Part shown: piece after piece, positions 13,860-26,350 of the stretch
How the letters are laid out: the number at the start of each line of letters is the position of its first letter
Position numbering within the stretch: position 1 is the stretch's first letter
Assembly (NCBI GenBank): GCA_964016885.1
Contig: OZ024760.1
Coordinates: forward strand, 21,452,001 to 21,516,000
Origin: Eledone cirrhosa
Lineage: Eukaryota
Length of the DNA: 64,000 nucleotides
Direction: 5' to 3'
Translations under genes and position numbers: made by a program
The notes under the pieces: model-generated
The model's database searches: none
Told to the model about the DNA's origin: nothing
Seen by the model: only the letters and a program-made list of their open reading frames with translations

Positions 13860-14210
13860 GGAGGCACATGGCTTAGTGGTTAGAGCATTGGCCTTGCAAT
13901 CGAAAGGTTGTGAGTTCAATTCTCAGACCGGGTGATGTGTTGTTTCCTTGAGCAAGACACTTTATTTCACATTGCTCCAGTTTACTCAGCTGTAGAAATG
14001 AGATAATAGGGACTGGGGTCCCTATCATTCCACTGCAAAGTGGTCGTGGAGGTGCCACGGCAAAAAAGCACCCAGCACTCACTGTAAATGAGGTTGGTGT
14101 TAGGAAGGGCATCCAGCTGTAGAAATCAAGCCAGAATCAGTTCCCGTCCCAACCTTGCAAGCAGGGAAAAGTGGACGTAAAATGAAATGATGATGATGAT
14201 GATGATGATG
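13860..14210 (+). mobile_element. SINE family A, full length
   Basis: A/B boxes, core and (GAT)n tail. Confidence 0.88.
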
Positions 14211-14307
14211 ACAACCTCTGGACGAAGTTCTAGCGGCTGAAACATGTTGGTTTAAAAACATAATGGTTCTTCATTGCTTTTTATAGACATTATATATATA
14301 TATATAA

Positions 14308-14493
14308 GGCGGTGGATTGGCAGTATCGGTAGAGGGTCGGACGCTATGCTTTGACGTATAGAGTTACGGCCCTTTCCATTCTGAGTTCAAATTCCGCCGA
14401 GGTTAACTTTGCCTTTCATCCTTACGGGGTCGATAAAATAAAGTACCAGTAATACACTGGTTAATTACTGGCCTTGTGCCAAATGTAGAAACA
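14308..14493 (+). mobile_element. SINE family B
   Basis: Near identical to 6109-6293. Confidence 0.85.
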
Positions 14494-14681
14494 ATTATAT
14501 ATATAATATATATATATATATATCTATATCCAAAATTAAGATAATCAAAATTATGGGTGTCATGCCAGAAAGACATGCGCCATATCACTCGCAAAATAAG
14601 CTCTAAGATTCTAACGAATAGGTCCGAGCATTTTATAATGATTATTCATGTTTATTTATATGTTAATCAATTTCTAGTTAT

Positions 14682-14722
<41 letters not shown>

Positions 14723-14801
14723 AAAATATATATTTGAGTAAGTTCAACCAATAACAAGTGTAACATATATTTATATCAAAATCTTTGTTGGTTTCCTCCA
14801 G

Positions 14802-14900
14802 AAAAACAGCCAGATTGTCAGTGAAGACCATCTCCATCAAATCCTACAAGAAGTTGATCTGAATAAAAATGCACAAGTTGACTTGGGAGAGTTTCTACAG
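14802..14900 (+). CDS. GPD2: GPD2 exon containing second EF-hand
   Basis: KNSQIVSEDHLHQILQEVDLNKNAQVDLGEFLQ; cctccag acceptor, gttagt donor. Confidence 0.93.
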
Positions 14901-16244
14901 GTTAGTTTTGACATTTTCTTACAATTCTGATATCTCCATATTCCACTATTCCTATATTCTTAAGTTAAAGTCTGTTCTACGCCAAAGGCTCATTAGGCCG
15001 GTACTTATCCTCAGTTTCCTTGGCGTTAAGTTACTGAGAGTACAAGACTCTCCCTAGATAGGATGCCAGTCTATCACAGGATTAACTCTCCAGCTACAGC
15101 TGGTATTCAATCTCAGCTGAGTGTACTAGAGCAACATGAAATAAAGTGTTTTGCTCAAGAACACCGCTCAGCACCCAGTCCAGGAATCGAACCAATGATA
15201 TTATGATTGTATGTCAAGCATCCTAATCATTAGACCTTCACATTCCACCATTCTACTCTTATTATATTCTACTATTGGTCTGTTTCTGGGTCTCCCATGG
15301 GTTGGCTTTGTCCATAAAATCTGTCCAGCTGTTCTCTCCTGCGCATGACTGTAGTACTGGAACTGTGATCTGTTGATTCAGAGAAGTAGCAGCTCTACCT
15401 GGAGTGACTCCATGATCTTTGAGCTAAGCACTCTATTGAGTAACATTACCCCAAAGACCCTTTTATACATGCTATTGAGTAACATTACCCCAGGCCCTTT
15501 TAAGTACCCTATTGTGTAATGTTACCCCAAAGACCCATCAGAGGAAACCTTTAGTTTGACCCAAGTTCTGTAAATGCAGTATGGTCAATTAGTAAAAAAG
15601 TTCACTTTGCAACCATTAGGCCCACTACTTGGCATCTTGGGTAAGTGTAACCTTGGATTGATCCAGTGTAGGATTGATCCATGCCTTGTGAATGGAAATT
15701 TGGTTGACAGAAACTATTCAGAAGCCCATCAGATCAGATGGACTGTGAAGCTCTTTTCAAAATTGTGTCTTTTTATGTGAATGCAGCCTGACTGAATGAG
15801 GGCAAAGTTCATATCACGATCTTTAGGTCCCAGGTTCAATCTCAGTCTGGCATCTTGGGCATTTGTCATTTAGCATAGCCTTGGGTTGTGAAATTTGGTA
15901 GATGGAAATTGTGTGGAAGCCTGTCGGATGGACTGTACCTGTAAATCAAAGGCCTCATCACACATTGCATCATGCTGGATCTCCCTAAGAATTATGCTAA
16001 GCATACACAAGTCTGTAGAATGCTCAGCCACTTGTATGTTTATTTCATAGCTGTTCTATTGATGTAACAATGTACATATATATATGTATATATATATATG
16101 TATATGTTCGTGGATATGTATGTAGTTATATATATATACAATTGTATGTATATGTGAATGTATATATATATGTCCATGTATATATGTATGTATGCATATG
16201 TGTGCGTATGTTTTTATATATGTCCTCGTACGTATATATATACA

Positions 16245-16480
16245 TAAATAATGAAGCTAAAGCTTTAACTAGTACATTAAAAGTTGATAACCGAACTGAA
16301 AGCCTAGCCAAACGTAAAGCATATATTACACTTAAAGACCATAAATCAGACTTTATTAATCGACCTAGTTGTAGACTAATTAACCCTGCTCTGAAATCGG
16401 TCTTGCTAGTAAAAAAATCCTAAGAAATATAATATTTTAAATAAGAACTAAGACTGAATTATTCCAATGGTTAAATACTA
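16245..16480 (+). mobile_element. Penelope-like element RT N-terminal fragment (Naiad-like)
   Basis: AYITLKDHKSDFINRPSCRLINPA is typical of the PLE RT N-terminal region; frameshifted afterwards. Confidence 0.7.
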
Positions 16481-16483
16481 GAG

Positions 16484-16970
16484 GTGTTTATCAAGGGATG
16501 GAGCCTGGCTGTTGGGTCACCACCAAGCAAAAAGATTGCGGAGACTTTGAAGAGCAATGGCTTTCTGAGGACTTTGGCGCAGATAGAGAGGAAAAGAAGA
16601 GAGGGCCTATGACCTCATAGCGCCACACATGGCCATGCTAAGCCGTGTCCTCAAGGAAGAGAAAGACAGAGCGAAAGAAAAAGAAAAGGGAGAAAGCACA
16701 AACACTGACACCAAAGGGTCTACGGTGACCCAGAAAACAAATGAGATACCTGCCGCCACAGTCAAAGAAGGCAGGCTGGGCAAACAACAGGCAAGCGGTA
16801 AAGGGGAGAAGCGAAATCACCATCTGAAAGAAAAGAACCAAGCAGAAAGGGACCAGTGGACAACTGTCCAAAGGAAGAACAGAAGGCACCGAGACACTGG
16901 GAGCAAGAAAACCCAGGTAACATGCAAGTTCTTCAGGAACGGGACCTGCTGGCATGGAGTTCGGATCAGC
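16484..16970 (+). mobile_element. Probable LINE ORF1 5' fragment ending in a truncated CCCH-type zinc finger
   Basis: Basic/charged ORF 16629-16976 with WTTVQRK and CKFFRNGTCWHG; family assignment is inference. Confidence 0.4.
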
Positions 16971-17465
16971 TGTTGAAACGGCTGGAGCTCAGTCGTCGGG
17001 GTCCTGACTCTTTTCCTATTGAGTACTCTAGTGCGTTATGGTCCGTCTGGTATCTTACCACAACCTCTTTGTTATATATATATTACCGCGAACTCGCTGC
17101 CTAACTATGGAAGCATCTTGTTGAGTCAAACAAAGCCGTACGTTAAAACTATTCACGACACAGAGTACTCACAACCTCTAACTGGATTACCTATAACGAT
17201 AACTTGTTATCCCACATATATAAAGGTAGAACACTGGAGGGTAATATCCGTATGGTGAACTAACTGTTGTGTTACTATATTGTGTTACTATATTGTGTTA
17301 CTATATTGTGTTACTTATATATATATATATATATAGTGTAGGAGGTGAGTTTTATTGTAGTACAATAAAGCAATGCAGATATCGGATAAGAAGCACTCTA
17401 CAGTTTGTGGGACTGGAGTATACATAATATATAAGAACAAAAGATGGTTAAAGGAGTTCCATGTA

Positions 17466-17532
17466 TTTTATTATGCGCATTTCAAAAACAAATATCATCA
17501 TGCAATAATATTTGTGTTTTCATCAGATAAAA
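17466..17532 (-). ncRNA. Type I hammerhead ribozyme motif
   Basis: On -: TTTTAT-CTGATGA-AAACACAAATAT...ATATTTGTTTTT-GAAA-TGCGC-ATA-ATAAAA; palindromic stem III ATGCGCAT. Confidence 0.75.
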
Positions 17533-17887
17533 CAGGAGGACATGATATGAAGGCTAAAAAACACTTGTGGATAGTTCAGTTTTAAATCAACATATATTTG
17601 TTTTTGAAATGCGCATAATAAAATACATGGAACTCCTTTAACCATCTTTTGTTCTTATATATTATATATATATATAGATAGATGTGTGTGTATATGAGTT
17701 TATATATGTACTTGATGGTGTATTAGTTTATATCTATGGATGTACGTATAGATGCGTGCACATGATTCTATGTGTGTGTGTGCATGAATGTATATTTATA
17801 TGTGTATATATATACATTTTTTTTCCATTATAAGATATTATTTTAACTCAGCCTCACTTTCATTTTGAATAGATATTAATTTCAAAA

Positions 17888-18638
17888 CTGTCTGGCGGGT
17901 TTTTTACGGCTGGATGCCCTTCCTAACACCAACCACGTTTACAGTGTGGAACTGGGAGGTTTTTACCGTGTTGCCTACACGGCCACATTACAGCGTGGAC
18001 TGTCTGGCGGGTTTTCTACAGCTGGATGCCCTTCCTAACACCAACCACATTTATAGTGTGGGGCTGGGAGGTTTTTACCGTGTTACCTACACGGCCACAT
18101 TACAGCGTGGACTGTCTGGCGGGTTTTCTACAGCTGGATGCCCTTCCTAACACCAACCACATTTACAGTGTGGAACTGGGAGGTTTTTATCGTGTTACCC
18201 ACACGGCCACATTACAGCGTGGACTGTCTGGCGGGTTTTCTACAGCTGGATGCCCTTCCTAACACCAACCACATTTACAGTGTGGAACTGGGAGGTTTTT
18301 ACCGGGTTACCTACACGGCCACATTACAGCGTGGACTGTCTGGCGGGTTTTCTACAGCTGGATGCCCTTCCTAACACCAACCACATTTACAGTGTGGAAC
18401 TGGGAGGTTTTTACCGTGTTACCTACACGGCCACATTACAGCGTGGACTGTCTGGCGGGTTTTCTACGGCTGGATGCCCTTCCTAACACCAACCACGTTT
18501 ACAGTGTGGAACTGGGAGGTTTTTACCGTGTTACCTACACGGCCACATTACAGCGTGGACTGTGTGTTTTTTTGTCGTGACACCGACACGACCTCATTTG
18601 TTTCGGCCTGGATGTTGTGGTACCAACATAACTTTACA
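17888..18638 (-). repeat. 112-bp tandem array (about 6 copies) derived from an RTE 3' UTR
   Basis: Period of 112 seen in ORF starts 17914/18026/18138/...; matches the RTE 3' UTR at 58735-59065 in reverse. Confidence 0.85.
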
Positions 18639-18721
18639 TTATATATATATATATTTATACATGCATTGAACCCAATCCTCCGTCTTATCTCTCCATCCTC
18701 ACCTTATCTTTCTCTTTGCAG

Positions 18722-18832
18722 ATGATGAGTGCACTCAAGACTGGTGCTATTGCCAACAGCCGATTTGCCTATGCAGTGCGGGATAAGGAGAGTCCTGTCA
18801 TACCTGTGGAACGCAGTGGTGGTGGTGTCTAA
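18722..18832 (+). CDS. GPD2: GPD2 terminal coding exon
   Basis: MMSALKTGAIANSRF...IPVERSGGGV* matches the conserved GPD2 C-terminus (PVxRSxGG); TAA at 18830-18832. Confidence 0.93.
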   Translation: MMSALKTGAIANSRFAYAVRDKESPVIPVERSGGGV

Positions 18833-18902
18833 TCTGTCAGTATCTCACCTGTCAGTCATTCTGTTATGTATTACTACTTCACCTTCTAATTCCCCCTCAC
18901 TA

Positions 18903-18908
18903 AATAAA
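18903..18908 (+). promoter_or_regulatory. Candidate GPD2 polyadenylation signal AATAAA
   Basis: First AATAAA 70 nt after the stop, followed by T-rich sequence. Confidence 0.4.
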
Positions 18909-18926
18909 TGTTTTAATTTCTTCTGA

Positions 18927-18997
<71 letters not shown>

Positions 18998-19666
18998 GAA
19001 CAAGTAGGACCCCGACGGCAGAGCCCAAGCCGTTTCTGAGTCCAGAAATAGCCGTCGAAACGGCTTGAGTTCTGCCGTTGGGGTCATACTTGTTCCTATT
19101 ACCCACTCTACTACCCTAAGTATTGAGTACTTTGGTGCGTTATGGTCCATCTGGTTCCTTACCACAATTCCTTTGTTATATATATATATATATATATATA
19201 TATACCCTCTTTCTATCACTATATATATATATATATATATATACCCTCTTTCTATCACTATATATATATATACCCTCTTTCTATCACTATATATATATAT
19301 ATATACCCTCTTTCTATCACTATATATATATATATATATATACCCTCTTTCTATCACTATATATATATATATATATATATACCCTCTTTCTATAACTATA
19401 TATATATATGTACTTATATATATTTATACATATGCATTAGCATATATATATCTATATACATATATATATGTACACAAGCTTATAGTTATTACTATTATTG
19501 ATATCTGTGTGTGTGTATATATGTATATATATATATGTATATATCTGTGCATGTATATATATATATATCTGTGTATGTATATATATATATATATATTATA
19601 TATATCTGTGTATGTATGTATATATATATATATCTGTGTGTATATATATATGTGTATATATAAATA

Positions 19667-19698
<32 letters not shown>

Positions 19699-19731
19699 GT
19701 TAAAAGAATAGAGGTGTAACACACAAGTTAT

Positions 19732-20131
19732 TATATATTGGTAAACGGAATAGAAAATGCTGACAAATTGTTCACAGTTGAAAAATGGTTTAATTAGGAA
19801 TAAAAGAGTATTAGTGATTGTATGGGTTAGTATTCAGTTGTGGTTTTAAGTTTTTAAGTTTTTACCGGTTGCGCATTTCTAAATGCTTTTCAAAAATAAT
19901 TTTGAGATAGAGTGTCCGTGTTGTTTGCTCTGATCAGAGCAAACAACACGGACACTCTATCTCAAAATTATTTTTGAAAAGCATTTAGAAATGCGCAACC
20001 GGTAAAAACTTAAAAACTTAAAACCACAACTGAATACTAACCCATACAATCACTAATACTCTTTTATTCCTAATTAAACCATTTTTCAACTGTGAACAAT
20101 TTGTCAGCATTTTCTATTCCGTTTACCAATA

Positions 20132-20135
<4 letters not shown>
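19732..20135. repeat. Spacer-less palindrome with 202-bp arms
   Basis: Centre tga|tca at 19933/19934; arms are exact reverse complements by inspection. Confidence 0.9.
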
Positions 20136-20162
<27 letters not shown>

Positions 20163-20393
20163 TTTTTGGTTGTTTACCGACACCTCAGTATGCAGATTGG
20201 AGCACTCGACGAAGTACGCAGGTTGGTTTGTTTACTCCGAAGTAATGTAAAATAAAATAAGTAAGTCAAATATGTAAAATTTGATTCCAGTTCCTCAGAG
20301 GACTAACAACACCCAGGAGCTGGACATATCGATGTATTGGCAGTGAAACACACTTCAACAACATGTGTACCTGTCTTTTCCACACCAATTCGG

Positions 20394-20448
20394 ACTACCT
20401 GAAGAGGTCACAGCCAATAATAGCTGTCACCGAAATATAAATAGCAGT
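20394..20448 (+). ncRNA. Type I hammerhead ribozyme motif
   Basis: ACTAC-CTGAAGA-GGTCACAGC-CAATAATA-GCTGTCACC-GAAA-TATAA-ATA-GCAGT. Confidence 0.7.
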
Positions 20449-20504
20449 AAATTTATAATTTATAATAAACGAAGCCAAATTTTACATATTTGACTTACTT
20501 ATTT

Positions 20505-20544
<40 letters not shown>

Positions 20545-20574
20545 GTGGTAACACAACAGTTACTTCACCATACT

Positions 20575-20611
20575 GAGAACAATTGTTTCACCTTATGCAG
20601 ATCTTCAGCTC
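20575..20611 (-). ncRNA. Minimal type I hammerhead motif in a PLE terminal repeat
   Basis: On -: GAG-CTGAAGA-TCTGCATAAGGT-GAAAC-AATT-GTT-CTC; palindromic AACAATTGTT. Confidence 0.65.
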
Positions 20612-20989
20612 GTACTGGTCATGGTTATACGGAACAGGAAGAACAACCGTATGAATGCGCATGCTCAAAAACGGTCGCTTCACTCAAGCGATACAAAGCC
20701 ATGGGCAAAAGGTGTAAGGGAGATAACTGCGAAAGTCCGGAAAAGGTGTTTGAGTTGATTAGAAAATTAGAATGTTGTTGTTATTCAATCCGGAGCTTTG
20801 TAGTTATGCAAGAGGTGTTTCCAGACATGTGGACAATGTGAGCAGATTTCATTTCTTGAATTTAAGCAATCGCTATTGTGTAATCTCGTTAGAATATTTA
20901 TTCTTTCTTCAATACACAGTCCACAAGACGGATTGTCCCTTGCGTATGGCTTGGACTTAGTGATGACTTTCCATTGAATGGAGTATTCT

Positions 20990-22245
20990 ATACCTGAGTC
21001 CTTGAGGGACTATACGTCCTTGAGGGACTATACGCGAATTTTGTGGATGATTGTTTGTCTGGGTACCTAAAGGTCGACTGATGGTTCAGGAAGCGTTCCT
21101 TAAATTGGCCCTCTGCAATACCCACATAGGATTTGACCTCCTGTGGTTGATTTGGTCGGTTGGAAGTGACCACAGCTTCATAAACTACAGCAGCAAGAGC
21201 ATCCTGGTGGGGTGCCGCTCTTAGGACTGTTGTTGATGTGGGCCTTCATATTCTTAGCGCAAGAGTACCCTAGTTTTACTCTGTGTCTGTTAAAGATGGA
21301 TCGGTATTTATGACCTATGGGAAAGTGTCTCTCTAAGAGGGCTAAAACATTTTTTTCCTACATTGGTTTTAACGTTGAATGAGAAGGTAGGAGAGAACCA
21401 GATAGTTTGTCTATTGTTGCGATTTCTTTTCTTGTTGTTGTTAATGGGGGAGTAAGTAATTGGTTGCAAGAAGCCACTGTTAGCTAACACCGTGTTGTAG
21501 TAGGGTGCCGCTCGGTCAAAGATTGCCTTATTAGAGGAGAGGTTAGAGATTCTAGTAGTGATATTATTTACGAAGTTATTAAAAACAGTAGGAGGGTGGC
21601 ATGAGTCCTTGTGTATGTAATTAAGTTTTTCGTTTAGTTTATGGAAAGGACTGTAGGTGTGTGTGCGAAGGTCTAAATTAATGTCTAAGAAATCTACGCT
21701 ATAGAGGTTGGTAGCTACTGTTATCCTAAGTCTTAACTCATTAAAGGTAGAAGTTATGTCTTTTTTAAACTGGTCCAGGTTATGACCACTTATATGGCTC
21801 GATAAGGTCAGGCCATCGTCACGGTATATTCCCGTGTGGAAGTCCAGGAATCTAATATGTAATATGTCTAAAATAACCAACTCCCATACGTCAGCACTGT
21901 CAATGGATCCCATGGAGACGTCAAATAGTTCTGAAGTGGTTGACTTCTTTGCCCAGGCTACTTCGTTGTTGAAGAGTGCGATGATCTCCCTGTTTAAGAG
22001 ATCGACGGGTAAAAATCTACAATGTCGAATTACGTGCACTTCGCTTTTTTGGAGTTGAGGAAGTCGCTGTTCTCCCACTGGGACAGGTTGGACTTGGTCC
22101 TAATGGTTTTAACTATGTTTCTAAGTATGGCCTTACTGACTAGTCCCATTTCTGTGCGTGCGTGCCGGGTTTAGTAGTCTAGACGCGGGATTAAAAACAA
22201 AATCTTTCTTGTGATCCTTCAGGGTGAGAAACGCCTCACGCTTAG
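20990..22245 (-). mobile_element. Decayed Penelope-like element (RT plus start of GIY-YIG)
   Basis: FDVSMGS, GIYRDDGL, VDFLDINL, YIHKDSCHPP, then VYEAVV...YVGIAEGQFKERFLNH; frameshifted. Confidence 0.85.
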
Positions 22246-22343
22246 CTAAGGTGAGCCGTTGTATCGCTTGGGTGAAGTGACCGTTTCTGCACATCCACAT
22301 TCATACGTCTGTTCTTCCTGTTCCATATAACCATGACCAGTAA

Positions 22344-22379
22344 GAGCTGAAGATCCGCTAAGGTGAAACCATTGTTCTC
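22344..22379 (+). ncRNA. Minimal type I hammerhead motif
   Basis: GAG-CTGAAGA-TCCGCTAAGGT-GAAAC-CATT-GTT-CTC with distal stem I ccat/atgg; inverted homolog of 20575-20611. Confidence 0.65.
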
Positions 22380-22451
22380 GGTATGGTGAACTAACTGTTG
22401 TGTTACTACTTCTACCTAACTTGTCACAGATATTACCTTCCAGTGTTCTAC

Positions 22452-22487
<36 letters not shown>

Positions 22488-22504
22488 GTATATATATGTG
22501 TGTG

Positions 22505-22535
<31 letters not shown>

Positions 22536-22720
22536 ATGTATATGTGTGTGTGTGTGTGTGTGTATATATACACGTGTGTGTGTATATACGTATATATATG
22601 CATATATATGTATATATATGTGCATGTGTGTGTATATATATATATATGTATATATATATATGTGCGTGTGTGTATATATATGTATATATATATATGTGCG
22701 TGTATATATATATATATATA

Positions 22721-24120
22721 GCGCAACTAATTAGAGAAAGGGTCAAACTAGATGAGATGCAGTCTGGTTTTGGGCCTGGGAAAAGTACAACGGATGCCCT
22801 CTTAGTGAGACAATTACAAGAGAGGTTCTTAGAGAAGAATAAGCCACTATACTTAGCTTTTGTTGATCTAGAGAAGGCCTTTGATAGGGTACCCCGATCT
22901 GTCATCTGGTGGTCCCTAAGGAAGCTGGGTGTTGAGGAATGGCTTGTGAGGACAGTGCAAGCTTTTACAGAGGTGCTGTCAGTAAAGTGAGGGTAGGAAT
23001 GGAGTTTAGTGAGGAATTCCAGATACAAGTAGGAGTACATCAGGGTTCGGTCCTCAGCCCGCTCTTGTTCATTATAGTCCCCCAAGCCATAACAGAGGAG
23101 TTTATGACTGGCTGTCCATGGGAATTTCTCTATGCTGACGATCTGGCTCTTATGGCAGAATCAGTGGAGGACCTAGAGAAGAAATTCTGGCTATGGAAAC
23201 AGCAGTTGGAAGCAAGAGGACTGAGAGTAAACATAGCTAAGGCAAAAGTGTTGAGGAGTAGAAAAGAGGACAAACCTCTGATTCCGTCAGGGAAATAGCC
23301 ATGTTCGATATGTAGGAAAGGAACTGGCATAAATTCCATAAAATGTACACAATGCAGATCTTGGGTACAAAAGAGATGTAGTGGGATAGCGGGCAAACTA
23401 ACAGGTAGGGAAAACTATGTATGCAGTAGATGTACAGGGAAAGCTGGCAGTAGTAATCGCAGTGAGAGACATTTTTCCAATGCAGGAGGGTTCTATAGAA
23501 GTGGTTGATAGCTTCCGGTACCTAGGTGATCAGATTAGCATGGGAGGGGGATGTTCCAAGGCCATAGTATCTAGAATAAGAACGAGTTGGAAGAAGTTTA
23601 GGGAGCTGCTTCCTCTGTTGACAAAGAAGGGTTTCTCCCTGCATATGAAAGGACGGTTATATGATGCCTGTGTGAGATGCGCGATGCTGCATGGTAGTGA
23701 GACATTGGCAGCAACTGCAGAAGATATGCAACGGCTGGAGAGAAATGAAGCAAGTATGCTTCGTTGGATATGTAATGTCAATGTACGTGAACGACCAAGC
23801 ATAGATGAGTTGAGATAGAGACTGTGTATAAGAGGGGTAAGTTGTGGTGTGCAGGAGATAAGGCTAAGATGGTATGGATATGTGATGCACATGGAGAATG
23901 ACCGCTGGGTAAAGAAGTGCCAAGAAATCCCAGTAGAAGGAAGATGCAGTAGAGGAAGACTACGAAAAACATGGGCGGAGGTGGTGAGAGCAGACCTCAG
24001 ATCACTGAAACTCACCAAGGAGATGACGAAGGACCGTGACAAGTGGAGAGATGCTGTGCTGAATAGGACCCATCCAACCCTTGCAAGCAAGGAAAAGCAG
24101 ACGTAAATTGATGATGATGA
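22721..24120 (+). mobile_element. 5'-truncated RTE-clade LINE (RT, frameshifted)
   Basis: [42 protein letters not shown]; short 3' UTR and (GAT)n tail. Confidence 0.92.
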
Positions 24121-24142
24121 TATATGTATATATATATATATA

Positions 24143-24622
24143 AAACCTGGGACGACTTGATAAATTCCGACCTCACACACTTACACCTCTCCAAGACACT
24201 ACACCGAGATCTTTGGCGCTACACAGTAATACAGAAGACCCGCTTTGCCTAAGTACAAAGCGAAACCTAGTCAGTAGGCACTTCTAACAAAAATACGCCC
24301 CGTCCCAACACCCCCACCCCATCCACGCCACCTCTTTCGATGTAAATTTATATTGGTACCACAACATCCAGTCCGAAATTTATGAGGTCGTGTAGGTGTC
24401 ACGACAAAAAAAAAACACAGTCCACACTGTAATGTGGCTGTGTAGGTAACACAGTAAAAACCTCCGAGTCCACACTGTAAACGTGGTTGGTGTTAGGAAG
24501 GGCATCCAGCCGTAGAAAACCCGCCTGACAGTCCTATACGAGCAAGACAACCAATCTTGCCTCAAGTGGGAAAATTCTCGTCCAAACCCATGCTAGCGTG
24601 GAAGATGGACGTTAAACGATGA
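24143..24622 (+). mobile_element. 3' end of a second RTE family
   Basis: Matches 58528-59065; ends ggacgttaaacgatgat. Confidence 0.8.
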
Positions 24623-24747
24623 TATATATATATGTGTGTGTATATATATATACATTATATATATGCATATATATATATATATATATGTGTATATATATAC
24701 ATATATGTGTATATATATACATATATGTATATATATATACATATATG

Positions 24748-24779
<32 letters not shown>

Positions 24780-25589
24780 GACATATATGTATATATACAT
24801 ATACATATATGTATATATATATATATACATATATGTATATATACATATATGTATATATACATATATGTATATATACATATATATGTACATATATGTGTAT
24901 ATATATGTACATATATGTACATATATGTATATATACATATACGTATATATACATATACATATATGTATATATATATATACATATATGTGTGTATATATAC
25001 ATATATGTGTGTATATATACATATATGTGTGTATATATATATATATATGTGTGTATATATACATATATGTGTGTATATATGTATGTATATATATATATAT
25101 ATGTATGTGTATATATATATATATGTATGTGTATATATATATGTATGTGTATATATATATGTATGTGTATATATATATGTATGTGTATATATATATATGT
25201 ATGTGTATATATATATATATATGTGTGTATATATATATATGTGTATATATATATATGTGTGTATATATATATATATGTGTGTATATATATATGTGTGTGT
25301 GTGTGTATATATATGTGTATATATATATATGTGTGTATATATATATGTGTGTGTATATATATATATGTGTGTATATATATATATGTGTGTATATATATAT
25401 ATGTGTGTGTATATATATATATGTGTGTGTATATATATATATATGTGTGTGTATATATATAAATATATATATAATGTATATATATGTATATATAATGTAT
25501 ATATATATATGTGTATATATGTGTGTATATATATATGTGTGTATATATGTATATACATTTTTTTTTCTGCCAGAGATTACGCCAATGCA

Positions 25590-25678
<89 letters not shown>

Positions 25679-25703
25679 CATATATATATACATATATATA
25701 TAC

Positions 25704-25738
<35 letters not shown>

Positions 25739-25868
25739 CATATATATATACATATATATATACATATATATATACATATATATATACATACATATATATA
25801 CATATATATATACATATATATACATATATATATACATACATATATATATATGTATATATACATATATA

Positions 25869-25902
<34 letters not shown>

Positions 25903-25903
25903 C

Positions 25904-25952
<49 letters not shown>

Positions 25953-25962
25953 TATATATGTA

Positions 25963-26010
<48 letters not shown>

Positions 26011-26012
26011 TA

Positions 26013-26060
<48 letters not shown>

Positions 26061-26106
26061 TATATATGTATATATACATATATATATATGTATATATACA
26101 TATATA

Positions 26107-26154
<48 letters not shown>

Positions 26155-26156
26155 TA

Positions 26157-26204
<48 letters not shown>

Positions 26205-26214
26205 TACATATATA

Positions 26215-26263
<49 letters not shown>

Positions 26264-26350
26264 GTATATATACATATATATATATGTATATATATACATA
26301 TATATATATATGTATACATATATATATATATATATAGACATATATATATA
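24623..26350. repeat. (TA/TG/CA)n microsatellite array; similar arrays at about 19.4-19.7, 29.5-29.8, 34.2-34.7, 36.2-36.7, 37.8-40.2, 41.0-41.2, 51.9-53.0, 53.6-54.2 and 55.2-55.9 kb
   Basis: Direct reading; source of the YIYI-type ORFs. Confidence 0.95.
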
